Below, piece by piece: positions 1-12,365 of a DNA stretch of 64,000 nt. Source of the DNA: Amphiscolops sp. MND2022 (Eukaryota); assembly GCA_964187785.1 (NCBI GenBank), contig OZ076409.1, positions 95,048,001 to 95,112,000 of the forward strand, given 5' to 3'. Positions within the stretch are counted from its first letter, which is position 1; each line of letters starts with the position of its first letter. Below the pieces are notes generated by a model. That model saw only the letters and a program-made list of their open reading frames with translations. It searched no databases and was not told the origin of the DNA. The position numbers were made by a program, and so were the translations under genes.

Positions 1-704
1 TTTCAAAAAACAATCAATACTCGTGACGACAGCAATGAAATGCATTCGTATTAAAGCAAACCCGATCGTGTATACTTTTGTAAACTCAGTAAAATTTATG
101 ACTCGAACTATCTATCGGTCGGTCTACTGGTAGTGGTTTTTCAGCACGTTTTGCTGATTTCGTGCTATTCTTGCTAAATTTAGATCAGCTGACCTTAACC
201 TAGCGAAGTTTATAGAGTCACTTGCAGATCCAAATGGACATACACATGAAAGTATGTGGATTGTTTCATTTCGTTCAACTTTTAATTAATTAAAAGTCCG
301 CTAACATTAAAAAGGGATTCAAATCAGAGGGGGTCTAAAACCTTTCCCTGGTAACCTGCAATTCTGCACGTGCTCTCAAGAAAAATTCATAACTTCATTA
401 TTCAAACTTTATTTTCACTTTTTGCGATATCAATGCGAAGAAGTCATTGTCCACTTTGGGCAACTGATTTGAAGATGCGATGATTAGCACTTGGGTGACT
501 ATTTCGAAAAACAATCAATACCCAGTCATTTGCCAGTAAATTTATAGTACAACAGTTTACTTGTGTGCTTTCGACCTGAAGTCAAGGCGCGTAAACAAGA
601 ACAAACATTATTAAGCATAGAATGCTTTAAAAACAGCCTTTGGACGTAAAACACTTCAAAAACAAAACGCCTACTTTTCCAACCAAAACTTGCAATGTAG
701 CAAT

Positions 705-1737
705 ACTGGTGAACCAAAAATGGAACAAAAATTTTCGGCTCTCAAAGTTTCAAATATTTGTCAGCAAATGTTTCAAAAACAACCCTGAACATTGCAATTC
801 AGCTTCTCGGTCATCCAATTTGACAACTTTCGTTCTCTAAGCAAACGAACTTTCACACATGAAAAGTGTGAACGAAACGACTGGTAAACACGTCTACACG
901 TTTTCTGAAAGTCGAATCATTCTGTTGAAGATTTGATTACGTAATGAGAGAATGATTGACAGAGAAAGTGAAAGATTATCAGTGTGTTGTTTACAAATAT
1001 TACAATTTTCAAGAGTGATTATTTTGTGCGTTCTACCGAAAAACTGAAACGCACAAAAAAAATTCGCTTTAAATTGTAATATTTGTAAACAAGGCTCAGA
1101 AAATTATCCAGTCAATCTTTCAAATCCAGTCAATCTATTCAAATTCTCTCATTAGGTAATCAAATCAACAGAAAGTGATTTGAACCCTCAGCGAAATTCT
1201 AGGCATCTTTACCTGTCACTTTGTTTGCACTTCTGATTGTGAAAGTTGGTACTCCTGCTAAGTGTGGTCCCAAGCGATTTCTCCTTACTAAGTGTGGTCC
1301 CTATTTTATAAGTGTGGTCCCTGCATAGTTTGTCGAATTTTTATTACGTCGTCAGCTATGTTCACACATCCCTAGTGCCCTAAATGCAGGAGCGAAGCGA
1401 AGCGGAGCGACGTGCCATATGGCCATGCCTCAATGTTGCTACTTGGCGAAGGGAGCGAAGCGACCGAGCCATACAACAAATATGCTAACCTCTTCTAGGG
1501 ACCACACTTAGTCAGGAGTTTTCAGGCCGGCTGCATAAGTCTTGTAGGGACCACACTTAGTCAGGAGTACCTGAAAGTTTTTTGACACTCGAATGTGTGA
1601 AAGCAATGTTGTCAAACTGAATGATTGACAAGCTGAACTTCAGCGTTCAAAGTTGTTTTGAAATGTTTGTTGACAAATATTAGACATTTTGAAAGCACAA
1701 AAAGTTTTGTGCGTTCCGTTTTTTTGGTTCGCCTAGT
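705..1737. mobile_element. Foldback (long inverted-repeat) non-autonomous element, interrupted by a MITE
   Basis: Ends act(a)ggtgaaccaaaaa / tttttggttcgcctagt. The arms mirror each other around about 1050 (aaatattacaatttt vs aaattgtaatattt). Related copy at 57812-58163. Confidence 0.7.
1248..1571. mobile_element. MITE with 8 bp TSD and GG..CC termini (Merlin-like)
   Basis: TIR ggtactcctg(a)ctaagtgtggtccc at both ends. TSD tgaaagtt at 1240-1247 and 1572-1579. Motif taagtgtggtccc occurs 3 times on the left and twice inverted on the right. Superfamily is inferred. Confidence 0.8.
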
Positions 1738-1769
1738 AGCATACGGAGTGAGTGAGTGTTTGCTCCTAC

Positions 1770-1953
1770 CAGAGTGGATATCTCGTTCTCGCGGTCGGGG
1801 GCGGAGCGGGCAGTGGCCTTAATCATGGTGCTGGTCTGCATGTCGGTGAGTTTCTTGATGCAGCGCTGGCCCCCCACGATGTTGCACAGCTCCAGGGGCA
1901 GGAACGTGTGCTTGCTCTCCTGGCCCACTTGCAGACAAGGCAGTTGCGGATAC
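1770..1953 (-). CDS. AGO: Argonaute exon, end of PAZ / L2 (gene continues past window start)
   Basis: [58 protein letters not shown] is a signature of miRNA-class AGO proteins. Acceptor gtgcag|, donor |gtagga. Confidence 0.97.
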
Positions 1954-1987
1954 CTGCACAAAACAACAACATTCAACTTTAATAAAG

Positions 1988-2389
1988 ACAAGCCGGCAAC
2001 GGCATAAGTCGACGTCATATCTAAGGATCAAAAATAGCCAAAGGACATGAAAGTGTCGAAAAGCTCAAAGTATCAAACTCACAAAAAGAGTTTCGAAACA
2101 CTTTCGAAAAACCTAAACGACCGAACTGGCGCGCTAAAAAAAAGGAGGACCCTTTCGGATTTTTAAACATTAAAAAATTGAAGGGAAGAATTTTTTTGAA
2201 AAAAAGTCAATGCCGAAAAAAAACTAAAAAGGGGCCCTTTAGTCTCGCCCGGTATTGTATGTTATGAGGGAAAAACCTTTTTGGTTCTGTTCGCTAGGCC
2301 GAATGGTTCAATTTGTCACCATAAAATTTCGTAGACCTATTTTGGTCGGTTCGTATGGATTGAAAAGTCACTATAAGCGCCGACTAAAA
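1988..2389 (-). mobile_element. Helentron-associated (HINE-like) repeat, family A, diverged copy
   Basis: acaagccggcaacgg...aagtcgacgtcata at one end and gcgccgactaaaa at the other; similar to 6102-6567. Confidence 0.6.
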
Positions 2390-2414
2390 GTAAGATGCCC
2401 ACAAAAATTTCAGA

Positions 2415-2487
2415 CTCCAGCCCGGGTTCGAACCGACCACCTACTGAGCGGCAGGCAGACGCCCTACCAACTGGGCCATCGTGACTA
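2415..2487 (-). repeat. tRNA-derived SINE-like fragment
   Basis: Minus strand has an A-box-like tggcccagttgg and a B-box ggttcgaaccc; the cloverleaf is degenerate. Confidence 0.5.
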
Positions 2488-2664
2488 AATTGAATGGATT
2501 ATATCATTAAAAGGATATTTGGCAGAGTTTGGAAGAAAAAAACGCAACACAACGCGGAAAATAACATTTCTATGATTTACAAGAACCTCATACAACCAAC
2601 ACGTTTTCAGTAGAGGTTTGTCCTGTTGAAAAAAATCCCGTAATTCCGACGGCTTTGTTCATTT

Positions 2665-2667
<3 letters not shown>

Positions 2668-2762
<95 letters not shown>

Positions 2763-2785
2763 GAGAGAGAGATAGAGAGAGAGAG
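2668..2785. repeat. (GA)n microsatellite, about 118 bp
   Basis: Direct reading; two GATA interruptions. Confidence 0.98.
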
Positions 2786-3099
2786 CACTACATTACTGTA
2801 AGGGGATAGCTGACAGCTTACCATACAATAAGTGTAAATGACTTATGCAAGCATAAGTAGTTTTCTCGAATTTCACCAACAATTTTGAGAAAGAAAGAAA
2901 GACACAGGTTTAAGTGAAGCGGAAATCACGCCAGGTACTAGCTACTTGGATAGGAACTACATTAGACTTTTTTTCAGATGAACTTTTAATCGACTTTTGA
3001 ATACATATAGGCTCACACTTGGATCTCGCATATACAGCAGTAGTGAGTTCCACTTCAGTGAAGTATAATGAAAAACGATGGATAAGAAGTTGAAACAGA

Positions 3100-3750
3100 T
3101 GAAAAATTACCAATATAGATAACTTGATTGGTACGGGAATTCCATCGATATGATGCCGTAGGTAATTTCAACTGATTTTGAAAAGCTTTTTTCTGATTAT
3201 CAACGTACTGAAAGAAGTAAATCAGAGATTTGAACATAATCAAGTGACGTATACTGATTATACCTTTGTTTTTTTTTCTCAATTCAAGATGACTTGATGT
3301 TTGAACGGAAAAAGACGCTCTTCAAAGCCCAGTTCATCTGTTTTTCTAGTGAGAGCAATAAAGAAGAGCCAATTTTGAAGAAAAACAGAAGAGAATAGCC
3401 ATGGTGACTCATCACAAGTGCGTGGAAAAGCCTAAGAAGTACTTGTGTAGGGAACCTGTGCTGCACAGTTTCAACAGTTTTTATACCGACTGCCATATTT
3501 TTAGCACCTTTTTAACTTGTGTTTGGAATCCAAGGTGTTCATCAATAGTTACACCTAAGTATTTGCAATGGTCTGACTTCTTCACTATGGTGGAGCCTAC
3601 AATAACTGTCTCTAAGTCGTTGAGGCGTTTATCATTTTTGAGGGAGGAGGTGATGAATTCTGCTAATTATGAATTTATTTCCATAATTGATACGTGAAAT
3701 TTTCACTTTTAAGCATAATAAAGCTTTAGTTGGATATAGTTTTTTTTAAA
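3100..3750 (-). mobile_element. 5'-truncated LINE (CR1/L2-like), C-terminal part of RT ORF, degenerate
   Basis: Minus frame reads KYLGVTIDEHLGFQTQVKKVLKNMAVGIKTV...LLRLFHALVMSHHGYS, typical of the post-RT region of CR1/L2 ORF2. Boundaries are approximate. Confidence 0.7.
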
Positions 3751-4631
3751 TGTCTTACATTGTAATAATTTTGTTGGTTATCAAATTTCCAAATTTCGGG
3801 ACCGTGCGAAGCAAAACTATGTTGGTCTGCTACGGTAATGATGGCCCAGAGTTCAAAGAGGCAATTTTATAACTGAAAGATGAGACAGTGCCGATTCGCT
3901 GCAAGCTGCAGAGCCTCCTTGCAGTGTCAGTAACAGTACCCGTATATATAAATACTGAAAAGCTCAACAAGTGGAGGACCGATTTATAAAACAAACACCA
4001 AATTTTATTGAAAAATGGTTTAAAAACTGACGTTCAGGATATGCACACACTTGGGATTGTCATATTCCACGACAACCTTCCCTGCTGCACTGTTGTATTT
4101 TCGACTAGTTGTTTTCGGCGAGTTTTCCTAAATTCCTAGACGAGCATATATATACTTTTCTTTCTCGTGCATGGCTTCGATCAAATTACAAGAACTACCA
4201 GCTCGTTATATTGATCGGATACAACGCGCATCATTTTTGTACTCTGGGTCACCAGAATGACCTTTAGGAAGGTCAGCTTTCTAAGGGGTCACACATGAAA
4301 AGTTCATCGGTCTTTAATCTTTGATGTTTGGTCATTGTTCATGATTTTATTTCCTGATTACTTATTACTGATGTGGAATTTGTTTTTGGTAGTTGAGACG
4401 GAAAAGGAAATTTAGCTGTTAAACAAAAAAATTTGGAGCATTCGATACGATTCATTCAAGAATGAGAAAACACCCGATCGCCGATCGCCCGTTTCCGGTT
4501 TAAGCTATCCTTGAGTAATTTAATATAACTAATTACAATTTTTCGCCCACATATAATTGGGAGGAAAATCTGTTGCGTTTTTTCCAAATTCTGCCAAATC
4601 TCCACTTCATTACTCCATTTATTAAATGCTA

Positions 4632-4757
4632 ATTTGGATATTCTAGTCACCATGACGTAGTGCATCTGCTTGGCAGACACCAGGTCGTGGGTTCGAACCC
4701 GTGCTGATGCGTTAGATGTTTAGCGGAAAATATCCCGGTGCTTAGCGGGCGTCTTGT
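4632..4757 (+). repeat. tRNA-derived SINE-like repeat
   Basis: Contains a B-box (gggttcgaaccc); a close inverted copy lies at 52198-52321. Confidence 0.6.
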
Positions 4758-5106
4758 TATAACTATAGGTACTGTCATGACGCCTTAGGGTCATGAAAGA
4801 AGTCATACCTAAAATGAAGCAATGAACTCCAGATCATGAACATTTATAGATCACCATAAACAAATGCTATGAAAGGAAATACCACGAACTTTGTTCATGA
4901 CTCAGTATATACCCCCTGTTGAAACTATACTGTTAAAATTTAGACTTGATACATTCACATTTGAGAAAATAGGTCATAAAACGCAGTTGGCTTTCGTCAG
5001 TGATCAGAAAGTGAGAAGCTGACTCGCTCGCCTATCCGGAGATTGAATAGTATACGAAAGAATAGTGAACGAAAGAGAAGAGATAGAAACTATCACAGGT
5101 ACTAAC

Positions 5107-5278
5107 TTGAGATTGATTTGATACTTGTCTTTGAAGTACTTGGCGACAGTGCACTCGATGCTCTGTCCGTTGGGCAGTTGCAAGGGGAATGTCTGTTGCT
5201 GGGCGGTCCTTCGGGTGACGTTGCACACCCGGTACTTCCTCTTCTGGGTGCCCCCGTGGGTGATTTCCACCTTCAGAC
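5107..5278 (-). CDS. AGO: Argonaute exon, PAZ domain
   Basis: [24 protein letters not shown]...QTFPLQL...[12 protein letters not shown]. Acceptor gtgcag|, donor AA|gttagt; phases match both neighbours. Confidence 0.97.
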
Positions 5279-6101
5279 CTGCACACCACAAACAAACATC
5301 ACCTACTACAACTACACCACACAACCCATAAATGGCACAGTCGCTGTGTTTCGGAAAAACCTAACTTTAACTTTTTTTCGGATATTCAAAAGTTGACTTT
5401 CGTGGATGTATCAAGAGCTGCTGATAAGTCTCTTCAAGCTAGCAGAAAACAGTTCTTCACAAACTGAAAAACTGGAAATTCATATTTCAAATGAATTTTA
5501 GAGATTCCCTAACAGAAACGACAAACTCTAGAAATAAGTTGTCGAAAAAACCTTTAAACAAGCCCCATTTTGTCTACGCTGAATACCATTCAACACTCAA
5601 AGTTTGTTTCCAAGCATGTATTATTCAAGCATGATTTTGCATGATCATCGCGAAGTCAAAGCGCTAATGGAAAGAATACATTACAAGCATCGGTGATAAT
5701 TGAAACCATACATGAAAACTAGTTTTGACATCGCTAATTTTTTTCGCTAAACCGCTAATTTCAAAATCGGTATTTCGCTGAAAAACCATTAAATGTTTGA
5801 AATCAAGAAAGTTGTAAATACAAACGATAATTTAATTCAATTTTTGCAAGAAATAAAACGAACTTTTATACTGTGTGGGTTTTACAGATTAAGAGTTGGA
5901 ATCTTTCGAAGTTCATTTTGAAACCCCATGTATTTTCCGAGGAAATTTTGGACAATCTATTGGTTGCAGCTAAATTGCTGAAAAAATTCTCCACGACCGC
6001 TAATTCGCTAAATCGCTTATTAGTAGTGTCAAAACTCTGATGAAAACTAATTACACTTTTAAAATTAGATGGAAAGCTCAGCATGAAATGAACTAAATTC
6101 C

Positions 6102-6567
6102 AACAAGCCGGGAACGGCCCAAGTCGGCGCCATATCTAAGGATCAAAAATAGCAAAACGACTTCAAAATGTCAAAGTATTGGTGAATTGGGGACCCTTTT
6201 ATGAAGAAAAATCGAAATAAATCTCACAATGCCAAAAAAACTGAAAGAAATCATTTGGGATTTTTCAACATCCCTTCTATCGGAAAATATCAAAAAATTG
6301 AAGGGGGAACCCTTCAGTGATTTTTTTGTTTCGAAACAAAGTCTCACAGAGCCAAAAATACTCTAAGGGAGTACCCTTTGACCCGTTGAATTTCTTAGAT
6401 GATGTAAAAATACTACTTCGTAAGCCAAATAAGAATTGTAAGAAATTGTAAGATTGCAAGAATTGCAAGAAAAGTGGACCATTCAGAGTGAGATAGTCAG
6501 CTGAAAAAAAACTACCCACTGTAACAGTCGGGCTTTTTTCCTTAAGGGAAAAGGCGCCGACTAAAAA
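6102..6567 (-). mobile_element. Helentron-associated (HINE-like) repeat, family A
   Basis: Subterminal inverted repeat agtcggcgcc / ggcgccgact, short terminal hairpin ccgggaacgg, T-rich insertion site. Other copies near 1988, 9190-9570 and 55080-55680. It sits between inverted arms (about 5740-6030 and 6650-6975) of an older foldback repeat. Confidence 0.65.
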
Positions 6568-8205
6568 TGAGCTCCATGCAGTGCCTCAATTCATTCCAAA
6601 AACAAGAGGAGTGAAAAAAGTAATAGAAACAAATACGGTTACCAGAGTTTTGACACCGCTAATCAGCGATTTAGCAGCCGCGCAGAATTTTTTCAGAAAT
6701 TCTATTAGCGATGCAAATTAGCAGTAACTAATAAACTGTTCAAATTCAAAAGTTCCTCAGATTATAACAAACTTTGAAAACGAACTTCGAAAAATTCCAA
6801 CTCTTACCCTAGCAAAACCCACACAGTATAAAAATCTTGTGTTTTATCTCGCAAAAAATTGAAAAAAGCTATCATTCAATTTTAAAACATACTTGTTGTC
6901 AAATATTCAATAGTTTGAAGAAAAACCTTTTCAGCGAAGTAGCCAATTTGAAATTAGCGGTTTAGCGAAAAAAATAGCAGAACTCTGATGTATACACATA
7001 CTACTTTACATTGTCCATCATCATGTATAAGCCCTGGCTCATGCATTTCAAGTCTTACTGAAAACGCGGCTTATATCGGGAATGCTGGATATATTTGAGA
7101 GAAAAAAGACAAGGTTTGTGGTTTGTACACGGAGGCCGTTTATACCTTTCTAAATATGGGACCACTCATACCTCTTAGGAAATATTATTACATCAAAAGG
7201 TGGCTCTTTTTCCTTTTCCCCCCACACTTTTTAAAGAAAACAAACTCAACATAAAGGATTATATTTGACTATATCATTCAATATTTCTTCGAATAAGTCT
7301 TTTCCTTTGTTTTGTTGTCTCCACACTATTAGAGTAGTTTTCCGCTTGAACAAAACAGTGTTCACACAATTTGACTAATTATGTTCGTATTGAGTGTTTA
7401 TTGATGACTCAAATCAGGAAGCTGTTGATTTCTTCATCAAAATGCGTAACTACATAGGGAAAAGTGTGAACAAAGTTTGTATCTGAATCCTAAACATCAC
7501 CCTGAGAATAAATTTAAAACTGAACTGTTTCATTGGAAACGCAATTTGAGATATAATTAATTGCAAAAACATCATCTGGAAAAGAGTGGGGGGGGGGGGG
7601 TGGGAAGGAAAAAGTTCCCAAAAGGTTTCGTTTTTACTGTCGTTAGCACTTGAAGGGATTCATATCGCATATATTTAAAGGATATGTTATATCCAGCGTT
7701 CGGGGAAAAAGAATATTTTGATAAAATCGCGTTTGAAACGTTTAAAACAATAAAAGTTTGTTTAAAACATGTTCAAAACTCTAGATGTGTCTACGAAAGC
7801 GCCGACTGAAAACGTTCTTTCATTTGTGCCGCTAATGGGGCCTTGGGTACAGTTTTTACATTTGGCTTTCCTTCCCTCTTCGGATGGATTGAAAGGCATC
7901 CAAGTTGCACCTCTTTCGACCAGTGGTTGGAACTGGGGTGCTCATAGCAATATTAATCTCTCCCTCCTTTTTTTTAGAATAATAAGGACCACGCGTACTG
8001 AAACCGGGATTTGGTGTAGAGAGAGAGATGGGATTTTTCGCCCCTAGTACATGGAGGGCGTGTCAGCGAAAATAATTAATAGCAAATTTAATAGGAAACG
8101 ATTGAACAAGTTAAGATTTTTGTCGTTTTAAACATGCAAACCCTGGTCAAAACCAAGAGGAGTGGAAAGAGGAAGAGTGATGAAACAAATACGGTGAGTG
8201 GGGCT

Positions 8206-8692
8206 CAGTGAAATGTACACGATACACGATACACGACAGGATACACGATTTTTTGCTTTTTTAATACACGAACCTACACGATACACGATTTTGAAATATA
8301 CACGAAATTACACAATATTTGTATTGAGCGCATGAATGTGGCAATTGAGCGTAGGAATTGAATTGCATGAATTGATCCAAAAACTGATCCTTGAAATTTT
8401 AGCTCTTCCAGCAAGCTCAGAAGCAGTCGAAAGGCTTTTTTCTCAATGTAACATACGATGCGCAAATATAAGAAACCATATGTCGCCAAAAAACATGGCA
8501 ATTTTGGTTTGTAATGAGTAAATTGAAATTCAAACTTTCGAATTTTTTTTGATTTTTCAGAAAAAATACACGAATATACACGATTATACACGAAAATACA
8601 CGATTTTTTAAAATACACGAATACACGTAACGGTTTTTGCAAATACACGAAATACACGTTACACGAAAAACTTGATACACGACAATTCACTG
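8206..8692 (+). mobile_element. hAT deletion derivative retaining a C-terminal dimerization-domain remnant
   Basis: TIR cagtgaaatgt / acaattcactg. 8 bp TSD gtggggct (8198-8205, 8693-8700). Many TACACG subterminal motifs. Peptide ILALPASSEAVERLFSQCNIRCANIRNHMSPKNM at 8336-8521 fits hATC. Confidence 0.9.
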
Positions 8693-8706
8693 GTGGGGCT
8701 GCTGAC

Positions 8707-8984
8707 CTTTGATCTCCTTGGTGAACTTGACCCGGTGCGAGTCGCTGAGCGGTCTGCTGAGTTCCTGGCCCTGACACTCCTTGAGGTCCAGCACCTCGAC
8801 CAGGAAGTCTATGACACTCTGCTGCTTGTAGAAGGCGGTGGCAGAGGCGTCGATGTTCAGCATCATCTTCCAGTGCGAGGGCCGCACACTCTGGTGGAAC
8901 CCGAACCACACCTCCCGGCCCCCGCCCAGGGGGTGGTAGTAGTCCTTGGGGGGCGAGAAGAACGAACGACCCACCGGAGTGTAG
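8707..8984 (-). CDS. AGO: Argonaute exon, L1 (DUF1785) and start of PAZ
   Basis: YTPVGRSFF...[35 protein letters not shown]...RVKFTKEIK. Acceptor tttag|C completes AA+C from the exon 39 kb upstream; donor G|gtcagc. Confidence 0.97.
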
Positions 8985-10006
8985 CTAAACAACCAGCAGC
9001 ACTTTGGTTAGCAGCTTGTATGTGCCCAGGGTACAGAATAGGGGAAGATAAATGATGAAAAAATTGAGAGATAAGGTGCCAAAACGCAGCAAGCTGCAGA
9101 GCCTCCTTATAAGGTCAGTAACGGTCCCATAAAAACAAATTGTGAAAGCATCGGCAAGTGGTGGAGGAGGATTTATAGAATAGGTCTTCGTAGAGCGCTA
9201 TATCTAAGGCTCAAAAGGCAGAGGTTTTTAAAACATGCGTAGGACGTTTTCATGAAAAACTCCTGTTTTCGAACCTCCGCCTGCTCCTTAGTAAAACGCA
9301 ATAAAGTTCGGATATAACGTCGAAAATTCGGATAGAGCTTTACTCCGAATATTACGAGGGGCGGACTTCAATAAAATCGAAGGGGGCTTTTGGAGACATA
9401 AAAAAATTTTCGAAAGTCTCGGTGCCGGAAAAAAATTGAAAGGGGGACCATTCAGTCTAGTCCGGTTCCGCAAAAAAGTGGCAGATACAGGGTGAGCTCT
9501 GTGGTATGACGAAAAAAAACTAGCCATTGTAATAGTCAGACACTTTTCTTAAGAAGAGCGCCGACAAAGAAATATTATTAGATAAATATTTCTTAGAGAA
9601 AGGTAGTTGTTAGTGATGCAATTATGCCATGAACGCTTAGCGCACAACCTCTTGAATATCAGTTTGATTTTTTACAGAAGAGGCGAAATACTTCTGCACA
9701 TGAAGGTCTTTATTTTCTTGACAATCGATTTCAATAATCTATTTTCATCAATTTTTTCAACATAATTTCCCCAAGATTCAGTTTCCCCAAAAACTATTTA
9801 AAAATAAAAACTGGTTCACTTGATCCAATCTACAAATGGGCGTTTAATAAAGCTCTAATCGAGAGGAACTGAAAGGAACCATTAGGGTAAAGTGATCTTC
9901 AAATTCGTCAAAAAATGACATTTCTTGCTGATCTCGAACAAGTTATCTCTCGAACATATACAGAATCTCAGAAACCGGCTCCATTTCAATCAATCTTTAA
10001 GGTAAT

Positions 10007-12365
10007 TGAGACATAAATGTTCCGATTTAAACCAATATGAAAGAAATTGAGTGACAAAATCACTGTAAAAATGCTTCTGAAAATCGTCAAATTGGACATT
10101 TATGCATTAATTGCCACTTTTGGACAATCATGTTTTGACATTTGAACCAAAACGCGAAAAGACTCCGTTTGTATGATTATAAGCATTATTATCGCAATAG
10201 AATAATTGTAAACGATTCACTAGCAGTAAGAATTTGATGCTGAAAATGTCAAAAAAAAACGTTTCGTACGTCTAATCAGTTTCTAACTCGTACAAAACTT
10301 GAATGAACGTGGAACAAAAGCGCTTCATTGAGAACGCATATACTCAAGGATAAAATTCATAAAATCAGAATCTTACTGAAAAACATTCGAGCAACTATTC
10401 CGGCAAGGTACAACCCAAAAACCCGAAGAGAGCGTACTTCGAATAAAAATTCGAAAGGAAAAGAAAAATTCTCTCAGATCATTCGTCTAGCAACATATTG
10501 GTGAAGTCTCCTATCGATCAATTATGTGAATAAGAAGTGCCCAGTGAATACACAACTTGGTGCCTGTCACTAACTTGATTGGTATTGCTGTGCAGAGTCG
10601 AGTTATGTAGGATCGAAAAGTTTTCAAAGCTATCCAGGATCGAATTATGATTTGGTTTTATCCGGGATCGAAAGAGACGAAGATTTCATTAATATTGCAC
10701 CATACCTTTAGTACCCTAAATGCAGTAGCAAGGCGAAGCGGAGCGACGTGCCAGTTTCTTCTAAGCCACAATGTAGAAAACGATTTTTTTTTGGGTCGAT
10801 ATACTTGGTTTTGTTGAGTTGCATCCTTCGGCTGTGACGTCTTTACTAGACTTTATTTCAAGACTGGAAGAAGACAAGTTTCAATGCTATAACTTTCTCA
10901 CTAGCTCACAGTACTTTCTAACAAATTTCCACAACGATGCCATGCCTCGCAGCATGTTAGTATCTCAGAATCCATTATTGTCTTAAACCGTTGCAGAAGT
11001 TGTTTCCAGTAACATCTTGCCCAACAACCCGCCACGCTTCCTGATTCCGTTGCTTATAACACTAGGTCAGTTTGAGACGGAATTGGATCTCTTCAACTGC
11101 GCTTCTCTCGCTTGCCTTCAAAAATGCTAGAATTTTACCTGATAGTCCTGACGAAACTCACCTCAAGCAACTTATGAAGTCATATAATCTTCAACAATTG
11201 ATGTTTCTGCCTGGAGGATCTGATGTTTTCGATCGACATTGCGAACAAGCTTGGATAATATTAAATCGTTTTTTTCTTGAAAATTCTTTTACCAATAACC
11301 GCCCCCGGTTCTATTACAACAAATAGTATTTCAAAATGATAAGATAGGATCCGAGTTGTTAAAACGAAGGAATACCTTGACAAACGCTGTTGATTCGAAT
11401 AGCCAGTTCCAACTTATTCCCTCCTTCGGCACTTTTTGAGTGCAAGTCGATCGCAGCCTTTGAACTGGGTACCTTGCCTTAGCCGGTCAAATCAAACTGA
11501 TTCGTCTTACATTAAACAAACAGAAATTTTTGACTCCATAAAAATGCTATCGATGCGTATGAAGGAAAAAACAACTTTCATTACCATCACGTTATCGTCG
11601 GTCCCCCGGGAACTGGTAAAACTTTTCTATTGCTCTATTCAGCCCTTTATGCAACATCTAAAGGATTCTATTGCACTTTAACTTCATTGTCTGCAGAGAC
11701 AGCTTCCCTTTTTGGCGGTCTACACATCCATTCTAATGCCGGTTATCAACAAACGAAAACCATTCAGTCGGAGATCTTGCTAGTTTTGGAATTACCAAAC
11801 TGTCTGGAGACCCCATTTCTTCGGCCTTCATTCAAAAATTGGACGTTATTTTGTCGAAGAGTTGGGATGATATCTGCAGAGCATTTTTCAGTTGTAGATT
11901 TGATTTACGAGCACATACGAGGTCGTCGGTTGCCATTTGGTGCTTCTAATTGGAACAGGTGACCCGAAACAGTTGAAACCACCCAGTGGATCTCTTCTTT
12001 GGATGAGTCCATTAAATTTGACAACTTTTCGGCTTTATGCACTCACTGAATTTGTTAGAACGGACAGAAGTGGTGACGGACAGAAGGTACTAACGTTGAT
12101 GAGTGAAGCTCAAAGTACTGAACAGGCTGCAAATGAGATTGCGCAAGTGCTACCGGAGTCCTGCAATTTTGTTGATGACTGGAATTTGTAATTGCTTATC
12201 GTCCTGGTTTTATTCCAGTTTTCGGCACCCGTGCAGCGAAACGTGAGGCTGTGAAAATGGTTTTCACAAGAATTGAAAAGAATCACACGATTGAAAAATA
12301 TCACTCTGTCATGCGATCAATACACTACCACTGGCACCACCAATTGGAAAAAGGGAACCCCGAAC
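10007..12365 (+). repeat. Tandem unit 1 (2359 bp): Pif1 helicase pseudogene segment
   Basis: Runs from tgagacataaatg to gggaaccccgaac. Near-identical to units 2 and 3, and lacks a short segment (cagaaaattttgattgaaaatc) present in them. Confidence 0.95.

Noticed and set aside
1752..2007. Plus-strand ORFs opposite the Argonaute exons (also near 5118, 8672, 47918 and 51806)
   Set aside because: Antisense shadows of GC3-rich coding exons.
4645..4715. Functional tRNA genes (also near 2415, 52250, 55530 and 63325)
   Set aside because: Only B-box-like motifs with broken cloverleafs, embedded in dispersed repeats; better explained as SINE-derived.
8336..8521. Functional hAT transposase
   Set aside because: Only the C-terminal dimerization remnant remains, inside a 487 bp deletion derivative.
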